Positions 31,407 to 44,774 of a DNA stretch of 64,000 bases are shown here, in pieces. The first letter of the stretch is position 1; each line of letters starts with the position of its first letter. The translations under genes were made by a program, and so were the position numbers. The stretch comes from a bacterium (GTDB taxonomy: Bacteria; SAR324; NAC60-12): contig CBDDTI010000408.1 in the NCBI GenBank assembly GCA_965233585.1, positions 1 through 64,000 on the forward strand. Direction: 5' to 3'. Below the pieces are notes generated by a model. The model had not been told where the DNA came from. It was given only the letters and a program-made list of their open reading frames with translations, and searched no databases.

Positions 31407-33317
31407 AGAATAAAATTAATATCTGAATATACAAGGGTCAGGTACTGTCAGATGGTCTAGACTCAAGGGGGTGGGTTTGACTCTGGTGTAAAGGAACTGA
31501 ACGAGGAACGTAAAAGTAACGATTCCAGCAGCTGAAAAGGAACTAAAAAAGGAGCTGTTACCGCATTTTGAAAAGGAACTAGTTACTTGAACGATTCCTT
31601 TAAAAAAAGGAACGTCTGAATGCCTGGCCTATGGTATATAATATACCTATTTTCTCCTTAAGGTTTCAGCTAATTTACGGTTTTACGGTGAAAATAGAAC
31701 GGATCCTCCACAAGGTTCATTATTCAAAATTTTATTAATTCCTGGTCAAAAGGAGTTTAATTGGTTCACTAGGTTGGATTAAGTATTGTCATTTTTTATG
31801 TTTAGGAAAATTAAGATTTTTCACCTTATTTTTTCATTTTCCATGCATGAAAGACCAATTTTTATATTCCATAAAAAAGAGGTCAAGTGGCTAAACTTCC
31901 TCAGATTACAAACTGTATTCCCATTTTTCCAGCCATACTAACAAATTGTTCCAAAAACTTCAGCTAATTCAGTCCCCACATGAAATCAATCCTGAAGTAT
32001 TGGTGAGGATTTAGAAAAAAATTCTTGTTTCTATACCATTCAATGGTGTGTCAGAGAAATACGAGCAAACTTCCAAAGAATGATTTTTAAAATTATAGGA
32101 CATGGATAAGTGCTGCCAGCCTTTCGGCTGGAAGCCTAATAAGAAACAAGAGTGATATAAAAATCAAAATAACTTTTACTAGGAGCAAGATTAAAGAATA
32201 GCATTAAATTGTGAATTATTGTTTTAATTAAAATACAGAAAGGAAGTGTTTTTGTGAAATAATATGTTTTGCTTCATGTCTTATTTAATATTTGGGAAGG
32301 AATTTCTTTATGTATTAAAAAGAAGGCGGACTGGGCATGCACAGTCTGTGTCAATGGGTCTAAAGTGTCAGTTATAGGCAGTTATTGGCCTCCAGGTCAA
32401 AGACAGGATGTTGATCTTATATTCTATTACTCGATATTAACTTTAAATCTATTTACATCTGGCAGCTTCTTTTTTTTGTTTATGCTTTGAAATTAACCAG
32501 CAAGCTAAATTTTTATAAAGCGGCTTTATGTATTTAGAAACCAAGATTTAATCTTTGAAAAGATAAATCTAATGATTAAAATTGAATTAGGGCTTGTCTT
32601 TTGGGACTTGTCAAAGTCCCTTCTTCTAAACAAATACAATCAATTATTCTTAGGTTTGGTGCTAATTCCTGGAAAAATGTAAAGAAAAATCCAAGACCTT
32701 GATTACTTTGTTGCTTTTGCATGGAAAAGCCAGTCAAAATTCCCGAAATTCTTAACTTTGTTTCTTTAAGTGGCAAAATAATGGATATTGAAAAATATGT
32801 TACTTATGCTCAGAAAAAATTATAGAAAATACCAATTTTGTTTGCAAAGAAATAGCTTTCATTTTGTCCCTTCTTTGTAGACAATTTCAAGAATACTTTT
32901 AAAAAGTGTTTGTTATCCTCGGAAATTATACATTTTATGATTTTCAAACTTATTTCCCAAATTAAAACAAAATTCCAAAAAACAAAACATAAATAGTGTA
33001 CATGAACAGTAATGAGTGATGTTTATCATTCAAAGTTAACATGATAGCTTGATTTAATGTCCCAATATTCATGTTTTTTTACTTCTAAGTTTTTCAGGTA
33101 ACACTTTTTTGTTGATCTAGTTTCAGATTCACCGTCAGATGGCATCAATATCAGGAATTAGGTGCTAGTTTAGGGGAGCATCTATGATGTATTCTAAGTA
33201 GAACTTTTAGATTAAGCGAAAATACCAGCTGATATTTTGGTATTTCAACCAAAATTAGGATATATTTTAACCTGTTGTAACCATTTTATCACTTTATTTA
33301 TATCAATTTATGTTTCG

Positions 33318-33893
33318 GTTTTAGAAGTGGGGTAATCCCCAGTGTTTTCACTTGCCTCCGGGCTTTTGACCCATGGGAGGTCTAGGGATTTCTTCAGTGC
33401 CCCACTTGACCATTACCTCACCCTTGATCAACAGGTTGTGTTCCAGTCGCTGGAATTACAGGAGGTGCCAATCTCCCAACAAAGGCTGTCGTCTCGCTCT
33501 TGCCAATAAGTTAATCATCAGAGAACCTAGGCTCTCTCAAGTAAAGCTGACCACAGAGCCTGCAACAAGCAGCACCCCCATTCAGATGCTCTTTGTATTC
33601 CCAGGTCTTTACTTACATGACAACCGACCAGAAAGACCAATCACATCCTGGCTTGCTAGAAACCTAACTTGGCCCACAGCTGGGAAGTACCACTCTAAAC
33701 CTTTTCTTCCTACCAAACCCCTGAGTGTGTCACTGCCCGCTGGTGCATGCAAATTGCAGGTTGCAAACCAAAGCTCACATCTCTACCAGCGGTGGCCAGG
33801 AAAACACTGGGGATATGGTTGGCCCCGATATTCAAACCCAGGACCTCTCCAATGAAAACTAGCACTTTACCGCTCTGAGCTATCCAGATAACC
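33318..33893 (-). mobile_element. tRNA-headed SINE-like element, copy 2
   Basis: Reverse-complement homolog of 2224-2818. Confidence 0.75.
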
Positions 33894-34248
33894 ACATATT
33901 ATCATATGAAATTGGGCAATTAATTCTTATCAAATTATTTATTTAATAATGTGGCCCTAGCACCATCTTTTGCATACTTTCTAAACTGAAAATGGCCTGA
34001 CCATTTACAAAGACGGTATTGAATATTAAACATAAAGTACAAGAAGTTTGCAATGATTGATTGGACTGATTCTCTAAAGCCGTAGCTCTTCTAACTTCAT
34101 TTTGCCAACAGTTTCGGGGTCATGTTTTATATAACGTTCTGCAACATTGTGGTAACAAGAAAAATGACCAAGAAATTGTGGCCCATTTTATCTTTGAAAG
34201 ACATGAAAGGTATTAAAGAATTAGGCATCCCTATTGACAGTTCCTTAC

Positions 34249-37200
34249 CACATTTATCCCTGTTTTGACCTCCCATGCAGAATTTTCTGCAATTGGATTC
34301 CTTCCATTTACCATCCTCCCATATGCAGCAACTTTGATCATCTCCTTTTTTGCAATTAGCAGTATTGCATTTAAATCTATCTGGCCTGTCACAGTTGGTT
34401 TCTGTAATGTGTAGTGATTAGTCATTTTTACAAACTTATTGGAGCAAATACAAACATACTGCAGTCATGGCTTTTGCAATAATCGTTACACTCGGATTCT
34501 GAATCACCATCACAACAAGGTATACCACTCATTCCCTTGGAGCAAATCTTAGAGCATTGTTCATACTCAGGGCATTTTATTCCTGAAAAAGTAAGTAAAG
34601 ACTTACAATTTTTGTGAAAAAAAGTAACACCTCACCAATTAGTTCCCCTATCAAAGTTTCACCATGCAGGTATTTCAATCCGTTGCTGCCAGAATCATTT
34701 TCAAAAATGTTCATCATATTTGTAACCTTAAACAATTACTTACCGCCGCCGTTGAATGGAACCTATCTTGCTGGCAGGGCTTTACATTGTACGTATTACC
34801 AAAAACACAAAGTTATACAAAACTTTACACACAAACTTAACTTCTCAAAATCTGTTTAAGGGTTACTTGTCTTTTTATGCAGTCTATGCCCTCCTTGACA
34901 AAGGTACTTTTTCAAACGTTGTTCCATGAGTCAAGGAGTTAACTGTCTCACAAGACTTAGGAATTGCTTCAAACTATGCCGATTTTTTATAACCTATCCT
35001 TGGCATTTTCTTTTGATAAGGGACACCTAAGTTTAGAATAAAGTACCGCATTTCCTCGGGTATTTCTTGCAATAGTCATCACATTTTTTCTTTAGCCCTT
35101 GGTCATCACAACATTCATGGGACTCTCCTCCCAGAAAACATTTATCCCTGCAATTGTGATCATTGGTGACCGCACAATCCAATTCTGCAAGTTGAGAAGA
35201 ATAACTACCTTTAAAAAAAGAATTTTTTGTTCTTGAAAAGCTACAACAAAAATTTTTTTTTAAATCTTTGACCAATGGCTGATCTGACACCACGAAAAGG
35301 AGGTTATAGTAAAAAAATATATTCTTATCCCTAAAAATTTAATTGTTGGTCGATCAACCTTCTTTGGTCAGCTCACGCAGCGGGTAGGTAGGGAATAGGC
35401 AATATACATTATTTTCTAACTTTTAACTCATGACTGATATGATTTAAAGTTTCTTCATAAAGTTCTTCGCTACCGTCTACAAGATTTTCCATTTCCCTTT
35501 ACTTTAACCAGATTGAGGTTTGATATTTTTTTCTGAATTTATTCATATTTATAATTTCAAAGTATTGACTTTTATTATTATTCCTTCAAGTTTTTATAAT
35601 TGTAGCCTTTTATCATTACGTTTCTTGACATTTTTACATATAGCCACATATTGCCTTAAATCTCATCAAATCTTGATGATCTTAAGAGCCAGAAAATTTT
35701 CAACTATGAAAATCTTCCCAACAATTTGATCCACATCAATCTATGGAGTTTCTGCATACATTATTTTTATTTTTTATGGTCCAATAATATTGTCATTATT
35801 CAATATGTCATTATAATTTTTGAAATTATTACAGCTGGAATTTTTCCTAAGTCCTAATGGCAATCTGCTCCTAGAACAAAAATATAAAAAGAAGAGTCAG
35901 TAAATGAGTTTAGTGATAGATGGTCTTTTTACCACTGATGATTGTTGTATTGACAGCAACCCTGAAGTTATATTAGGCAAATTCTGGGCTCCAGTTTGTG
36001 GGTTAAAAAATCAGTACGGCCATACATACTATGGGCACAGATTACAAGATAGGAACCTTGTAGCTTTGCTAAACAATACTCCTTTAGATTGGTTTTATAC
36101 CAGCATGACTTGTAAGCCTTGCCTCAAATATATATAACCTGAGAAAAAGGTGCAGGAAAAAAGGGGAGATTTTGACTCTTCAAATATCCGGCTCTTTTCG
36201 AATGAAAAAGAAGGTGAAATTAGACATACTTCCATGTGGAGTATGTCATACAACTTCCTCCGTCCTTTCAAAATATCATAATATTATCAATCTATCATTT
36301 CAATTATTAATATTTTATCAATTTTATAAGTCAATATAATGTTGTTTAATATCTGCTGTTTTTTTGATGATGCCATCATACTAACCACATTTCTCGGTAT
36401 CATTGCAATATTTTGTACAATTTTCCTTATTATTTCCATTGCAACAATCAGCATCTGAACCTAATTTACATTCTGCACATTGAAAACTGTTTGGAATGCT
36501 GCAGTTCAATTCTGTAATAAAAAATGGCAACTAATGAAGGCGAATTATGTATGATAATTAGGTTTTACTAACCGCATGAAGATGAAGGTTTTTCACAAAA
36601 CCTTTCACAGTTCCTCGGACGGTTTCCATCACAACATTCATCATCCATGCCCAAGAAGCAATGTTTGTCGCATTGGTAATTAATTTTTATGGGATTGTTA
36701 CAGTTCAAAGCTAAAATGATTATATTGCTATAATGTCCACCGTTCTTGTATGCAATACATGATGAATTAAATAAGATACTTGTGAGACATAAACCCTTTG
36801 AATCCCAAGCACATTTTATAAGAACGACAGCAGTCTTACGTATTCATTTCCTAAAATATGATCCATAGCTACCATGGACGTATATATACATCATCACGAA
36901 AGCTGTTTTTCCTTTTACACGGTTGTTTGGGAGTGGTCGTACATTGAAAAAACTCCTTTCAGCGACCACAGTAAACCCTGGCGGACGACCAGGTAAAAGG
37001 AAAAACAGCTTTCATGAGGACTTATATGCACGGCCATGGTATCTGAGCCTGGATTAAGGAACGTATATATAAGCCTATGGTTGCTGATTCAAGTTTGTGG
37101 GACATATATATATATACCTCCATGGCATTCAAAGGGTAAACTAGTCTGGGTTAGTGGACCATGCTAACCAATCATGAGAAAAAAGTCATGAATATTGTTT

Positions 37201-38070
37201 ATTTCATCAATAGGTTAAAATTAATTTCAATTTCCTTCTCCATAATTTCCATTAAAATTACATGGTTCATTTATTCTAACTTAACCTAGTTAATGACCCT
37301 TATTTTCAGTGATAGAGTAACATTGTCCAATTGCCCAGATTTGGGAGAGGTCAAAAAATTCTTCCTTAAAATTTGTATGTAGACATTTGCATTCAAAGGT
37401 AAAAAATTTTGATAGAAAGCCTTTGAAAAGCATACGGCAGGGCTTTGTTGGTTTCATTTCCAAGCAGTATTTTGTGCAATTTGAGTTCTTTGATCCATCA
37501 CAGCATGCTTCAATCTCTCCTTGATCACAATGACTTTCACAGTCATAATCCAAGACTTTATCACAATTGATAACTAAAAAAAATATGCATAAAATTTTTT
37601 TGTCTGCACTGTTCCACAAAAGGGACTATTTTTGGGGAATTTCAAAAGTTTAGTATTGAAGTTTTTTTCTTCTACTATTCCTTGTAATATAGGGCTCTTT
37701 CAACTTCTTATTCTGTGTTAGAGTACAATTTTCTTAGGCTGGTTGACAATACTCTCGGTCAAAATCTATTCTTGTGTACAATCATTCAAATTGTGTAAGT
37801 GTAAAAAACTGCTGAACACAAAGCAGATTGGGATCCAAAAAAAAACAAATAAATTTAATACTATGCTGCCCCTAAAAACAAACCAGATACTTTGGTATTA
37901 TTCTTGGTATCTTGTTATTTTCTTACCACACTTTTCATCAAGTGGGTTTTCTTCACAAAAGCTTCTGCAATTAGACTTCTTTCCATTTTCTTGGCAACAT
38001 TCTTTTTCTTCTCCTTTTAGACAAACATCTTTGCAAAGGTAGTTTTGAGGATTTTCATCACAGGTAACAT
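34249..38070 (-). CDS. Seven symmetric phase 1-1 exons, each encoding one 8-Cys module (cluster 2)
   Basis: AG/GT-bounded stop-free exons 37927-38070, 37436-37573, 36573-36710, 36386-36511, 35047-35184, 34460-34582 and 34249-34401, all with lengths divisible by 3. Introns are as short as 58 and 61 nt. A possible terminal exon at 34074-34138 reads ERYIKHDPETVGKMKLEELRL*. Confidence 0.85.
36794..37136. mobile_element. Foldback MITE with piggyBac-like CCCTTTG ends, in an intron of the Cys-module gene
   Basis: ccctttgaat...attcaaaggg termini flanked by taaa on both sides. Long internal imperfect palindrome at 36870-37041. Confidence 0.65.
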
Positions 38071-38462
38071 CTGCAAAATTTTCAAGAGTAAGGTTTTTAG
38101 AATCCTTTTTAACTCTGAAATCATCATCTTACTTGGCTAGTTACAAGCAAGAAAAAGTTGGGAATACTCTTCAGACATGTCCTAGATTTTTTACACTACC
38201 ATTAAAAAGGTTATACATTTTTACTCATCTAGAAGATCCCAGAATCCTTGCCACTTCTCTCACCTTACAAATGGCTTACATATTTATTGCAATTTACACT
38301 GCAACCATTATTGTTCCCAATTAGGGAATCATATTTAGGGACTGTTTAACAACCACCATCATGGCTCAGTTGGAACAGTGCTTGCATTCTCGGTGAATTA
38401 TACACTATAATAAATGACATGGGTTCTTCAGGATGGGCCACTAAAACTATAAAAATACTTTA

Positions 38463-38746
38463 TGTCAAACCTTGTATAAGAATAACCTTGTAACAATTTT
38501 ATATGAGATAGCTTTCTTTATCACAGTGCTGATTCTTGTATGCTTTTGCACACCTACCTTATATAAAAACTAGAAAACTTGACCCAGAAAGTAAATGTTG
38601 GCAATGTACCCAGTCTATTATTACAGAGAATTGTCATAGTTTTATTTACTTGTGAATTGATCTGCGATCCGTTCAGACGTGTCTGCAGAAAAATGCAGAC
38701 AGTAAATTCTCGGTCAAATAAAATTCCATCTATCAAATTCTTCGCA
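38463..38746 (+). mobile_element. Diverged LTR related to 1060-1413
   Basis: Same termini (tgtcaaa...ttcgca) and shared internal blocks (gctttctttatcacagt.ctga.tctt; tttgc.cac; atataaaa; gt.aatg.tggcaa). No TSD seen. Confidence 0.45.
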
Positions 38747-40069
38747 ATCTTTGTGCCATTCAATGTGGAGGACTGAACATGGTGCACCAGCGCCCAGGAA
38801 AGAACTCTCAGGGCTGAAGGCAGGTGAGCAATTGAACCACTAAAATTCAAACTAATGATAGGAGATACTTGGAATATCCATTGTACAGGCTGATAAGAAG
38901 CTTTCAACAGGTTTTATCTATATCCTGCGAGAGGGATCATATCCATCCGTTAACTTGTTATGACGACAAACCACCATTAGTAGAGACTGGACATTTTTCA
39001 AGCAGGACGCACGATTAGATCATTGAAAATTTTGAAGTCAAGTTACGCTTATTAATTAATAAATTTTATCAAGGACAATAGTAGTTGTCAAAATGGTAAG
39101 AACAAGGTCAATAGTTAGAAATAACCCAACCGTGATGGACCAGAAGCAAAAAGCCAGACTGGCTTTATATGTGTCCTGACTCTAAGAAAATCGGGATCAA
39201 TTAGAATATCCAATTGAGGCATAGTTTTGTGACAACCTTTATGGATCAGTTGGAAGAGAACTCATTTTGAGTCGCAAGTAAATGATTCACTTAAGTATCT
39301 TCTGACTGTGGGATCTTTGGGAGGATGCAATAAATTCTATATGAGAAATTATTGTGTATAGGATACTGGTAATAACACCCAAGCCCTAACCTGACGGAGG
39401 CATGAAGGTTGGTATTAACCCATTTATGCTGAGAATTCAAAAAGCGGTCTGCCATCCATGAAACTTCATATATAGGGTCAAAAGGATGGGAGAAGAACAT
39501 GTATGAACTTTTATTGCTCTACCCAGCATAGTTCCTGAGATATCGCTAACAGCGAATCGTGTGGCAAAAAGCCTAATCATTGCACAGAATTTTCTCCCTT
39601 TTTCTCTCCTTTTATGAAGCCTTTTTGTTCTCCATAACGGCTAGCGTTACGTATAGGTAACGCAAAGTTTAGAATGACTCTACACTTGTCACAAAGTGCA
39701 CCCACACTGGTGCACCCACGCAGGGTATTTGGGGTATGGGTGGTGCCTTTTGGGTGCACTCTTGCCCCATGGGTGGGGGTCCTATGGGGCAACTCCCACC
39801 CTGTTTTGACCCTGATCCAATCAAATGGTTCCGAGAAATCCCGTGTGGGTGCACTTTGGGAGAGGGTGCACCCACACGTGGGTGCACCTCTGTGTAGTGA
39901 AAAAACTCCGCGTGACAATTTTTGCATCAAACCCTTTTTCACGGATAACTCTGAATTGCACCCACACGGATTTGTAAAGGGAAACTCTGGGCTATTTAAT
40001 GAACAGGCACCCACACACCCAGATTTTTGTCACCACCAACTCTACCCTTGCACCCACATGAAAGGTTGA

Positions 40070-40565
40070 CCCATGGGAGGCTGTGCAGCCCCTGGGAGTC
40101 TTTGCCGCCCCCTGGGAGTTGGCGCAGCCCCTTGGGAGTTCATGCTGCCACTTGGGAGTTTGTACAGCCCCCTGGGAGTTCGAGTAGCCTCCTGGGAGTT
40201 CACGCGGGACCCTGAGAGTTCGTGCAGCCCCTTGGGAGCTCACACAGCCCCTTGGTAGATTGTGGGGCCCTCTGGGAGTTTGTGCTGCCTCCTGCTAGCT
40301 CGCTCGCCCTCCTGGGAGTTTGCGCAGCCACTTGGGAGCTTGAGCAGCCCCCTGGGAGTTCATGCGACCACTTGGGAGTTCATGTGGCCCCTTGGGAGTT
40401 TGTGTGGCCCCTTGGGAGTTTGCACTTCCCCCTGGGAGTTTGAGTGGCCCCCTGGGAGTTCGGGCAGGCCCCTGGGAGTTCATGCGGCCCCTTGGGAGTT
40501 CTCACAGTCCCTTGGTAGATTGTGGGGCCCTCTGGGAGTTTGCCTGGCCCCCTGGGAGTTCACGA
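40070..40565 (+). repeat. ~20-bp GC-rich minisatellite (cccctgggagttcgtgcggc-like)
   Basis: About 24 degenerate units; an inverted array of the same unit lies at 41520-41805. Confidence 0.9.
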
Positions 40566-40569
40566 AGTT

Positions 40570-41259
<690 letters not shown>

Positions 41260-41519
41260 ATCTCTAACATCAGTAACATTTTCTATGCATTTTGAAGAGT
41301 GTCTTTTTAAATTTTGGCTTCTCTCATTTTCCCGCCAAAAATCAGCAACGTTTTTTGCAGTTTGAAGGGTTTCCCTTTAAATTTTGGCTTCAATTTTGGC
41401 GGGGAAAATGATTGCCAAAAGTGGAACCCCAGGGGGCGCTTCATGAAGGGGAATTTTAAGTCTTTTTGAGGCTAACAGATGGCGCTCACGTTAATGTCCC
41501 CCCGCCACAATGTGTATTG

Positions 41520-41805
41520 TGGCCGTGCAAACTCCCAGGAGGCTGCACCAACTTCCAGGGGGCCACACAATCTCCCAAGCGGCTGTATGAACTCCCAAGG
41601 GGGCCGCGCAAACTCTCAAGTGGCCGCGCGAACTACCAGGGGGCTGGACGAACTCCCAGGGGGCCGCACAAGCACCCAAGGGTCTGTACGACCTCCCAAG
41701 CGGCCGCATGAACTCCCAGGTGCCCGCACAAACTCCCAGGGGGCCGTGCAAATTTCCAGGGGGCCGCGCGAACTCCCAAGGGGCTGCATGAACTCCCAGG
41801 GGGCC
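41520..41805 (-). repeat. Inverted copy of the 20-bp minisatellite
   Basis: gaactcccagggggccgc units. Confidence 0.9.
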
Positions 41806-42432
41806 AACCAGTATGATAATACAGTATGATAATAATAAGTACAGTATGATAATAATAAGTAATAACCTACAGTATGATAATAATAACCAGTTATATGAGT
41901 TATTTATTCCTGTGTTTAGCTCCCTCTTCCCTAAAATAATTGATAACCAGATTGCTTTTGCTTCACACAGAATAATTTTTACTCCAGCTAGATTAAAATT
42001 TACACCGTGGATTAATTTTTACTCCGGTTAGATTAAAATTTACTCCATGGGTTAATTTTTATTCTACAAAGATTAAAATTTACACATGCTGGATTAAATT
42101 TTTCTTAATTGATTAAATATTAATCCATAGATTAATTTTTAATATATGGATTAAATTTTAATCCAAAGATTAAATTTTAATCTTCACAGATGAAAAGACC
42201 CTAAATGACCTTTAACTCTTGGTAATTGAAGCCAAAAGCGGCGAAAGGGAAACATTTTGTACCCATTTTTAAGTTCGGCGCAACTTTGACGGAGAATATC
42301 TCAGAAACTCTTAGGCCTAGAGCCATGAAAACACTTGCAATGGATTAATCCCCCCTGAGTTAGGGCTTTAAAGGTCTTCAAGACCCTTTAATGACCTATA
42401 ATTCTTCGTAATTGAAGCCCAAAGCGGCGGGA

Positions 42433-43402
42433 GGTCAGGTCAGGTCAGGTCAGGTCAGGTCAGGTCAGGTCAGGTCAGGTCAGGTCAGGTCAGGTCAGGT
42501 CAGGTCAGGTCAGGTCAGGTCAGGTCAGGTCAGGTCAGGTCAGGTCAGGTCAGGTCAGGTCAGGTCAGGTCAGGTCAGGTCAGGGTCAGGTCAGGTCAGG
42601 TCAGGTCAGGTCAGGTCAGGTCAGGTCAGGTCAGGTCAGGTCAGGTCAGGTCAGGTCAGGTCAGGTCAGGTCAGGTCAGGTCAGGTCAGGTCAGGTCAGG
42701 TCAGGTCAGGTCAGGTCAGGTCAGGTAAAATAATTGATCAACCAGATCAGCTTTTGCTTCAGGTCAGGTCAGAATAATTTTTAGGTCCAGGTCAGATTAA
42801 AATTTACAGGTCAGGATTAGGTCAGGTCAGGTCCGGTTAGATTAGGTCAATTTAGGTCCAGGTCAGGTTAGGTCAGGTTATTCTAGGTCAAAGATTAGGT
42901 CATTTACAGGTCATGTCAGGTCAGGTTAAATCAGGTCAGGTTAGGTCAGGTTAAATCATTAGGTCCAGGTCAGGTCAGGTCAGGTCAGGTCAGGTCAGGT
43001 CAGGTCAGGTCAGGTCAGGTCAGGTCAGGTCAGGTCAGGTCAGGTCAGGTCAGGTCAGGTCAGGTCAGGTCAGGTCAGGTCAGGTCAGGTCAGGTCAGGT
43101 CAGGTCAGGTCAGGTCAGGTCAGGTCAGGTCAGGTCAGGTCAGGTCAGGTCAGGTCAGGTCAGGTCAGGTCAGGTCAGGTCAGGTCAGGTCAGGTCAGGT
43201 CAGGTCAGGTCAGGTCAGGTCAGGTCAGGTCAGGTCAGGTCAGGTCAGGTCAGGTCAGGTCAGGTCAGGTCAGGTCAGGTCAGGTCAGGTCAGGTCAGGT
43301 CAGGTCAGGTCAGGTCAGGTCAGGTCAGGTCAGGTCAGGTTAGGTTAGGTTAGGTTAGGTTAGGTTAGGTTAGGTTAGGTTAACCTACCTTTAACCTAAC
43401 CT
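42433..43402 (+). repeat. (TCAGG)n microsatellite grading into (TTAGG)n
   Basis: Pure TCAGG blocks at 42433-42726 and 42967-43340, a degenerate middle, TTAGG units at 43340-43381, then short inverted cctaa-like units. Confidence 0.95.
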
Positions 43403-44774
43403 TTAACAGTTAACAGGGGTTTAACGCTTCAAGCTGGAGCCCTGAAAACACTTGCAATGGATTCCTTGCCCCTTAATTACGGTAATTAAGTACTTTGCAG
43501 CCCCCCCCCCCAGTGGGCCCCAAACACTCATCCCCGTGTGGGTGCACTTTTGAGCCAAAATGGTCCGCGTGACAAAATGCGGGTGCACTTTTATTATTGG
43601 CGTACAGTTTTTGCTCAGAGTTTTTCTTGTAACAAGGCCAAAAAAAGGCCAATATCTTAGCCATTATTGGGATTACAAAGGCCAGCTGGGGCTTATTTTA
43701 ATCAGCTTAACCTATAGATCATGCTATGCACAGAAAAAGTGGAAATCTCTCTACATTTGGGAAAGTGTGGGTGCACATTTTGGGGCATCCCCCCGACATC
43801 TCAGGCCCCGTTGGTCATACGGAGGCCTGCTAGGGCTCAAATGAAAGCTGAAGAAAAGCTCTTTAATTTTCTAACCATTCCATGGTAGCCTAAAACCAAC
43901 GGTTTTCAAGATATAATCAAATAACCTCTAAAATGCATTTTTGTCATTTCTGTAACCAAGACCATCTTCAACAGTTACATAGTACTACACTTTTTTTCAA
44001 ATTTGATTTTAAGGAAATTTTCGGATTTGGGAGGGTAAAGGAGGTCACCAGGGTCAGGGAAAGGTCAAGCGCGGAGCGTCCCGTTAATAAATTTTATTGA
44101 TTTATTAACTTTTATTGCCCACTCCTGGCTTAAACTCTAGGGGGTGCACCCACCCTGTGTAAAGGCCGCATTTATTAAGCTAGGACAGTGTGGATACCGG
44201 TTTTAGAAAGGCCATTGCATGCACTTTCAGGGCCAAATGATGGATTAACCGGTTTTGATTATTGTCAGTACATAGTTTTTGTGTGGGTGCACTTTGTGAC
44301 AGATTGTGGGTGCACTTTATGTAATAGCGTAAAGTTTAGAATAACTTTTCGATACCTAAAAAATGCATGTTTCATCTCAAAAATTACCACAAATATTCCT
44401 ATACACATTTACTACATGCTGTAAAAGTTTCAAGTCATTTGGAGAAGTAGGAAAAAAGTTTTCAATAGCAACTTTTATGACCTCGAAATTTCGCAATCGG
44501 CGGAAAATAGCATGATTTTGACTGCCCCCTACTCAGAAGTCTCTTTACCAATGACTAATATTTTTTATCAGAGTTACTACAATATATTAGATAAACTCTC
44601 AAAAATTTTGAATGAAAATGATGCTTGGTTTGGATTTTTTAGCCATTTTAATAAAGGGTGTTTGCATGTTCACACGAAGAATGCGGGCGTAAATGGGTTA
44701 ACTTGAGTATATCCCAGTTGAAATGTTTCCTCTTTACTGTGAGTAATTTTTTTCATCTCCTTTTTTTTAATTAA

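Noticed and set aside
38133..38907. Candidate 5' exons of the Cys-module gene, including ORF 38554-38907
   Set aside because: The donor at 38132 gives an in-frame stop in the required phase, and the ORF overlaps a diverged LTR.
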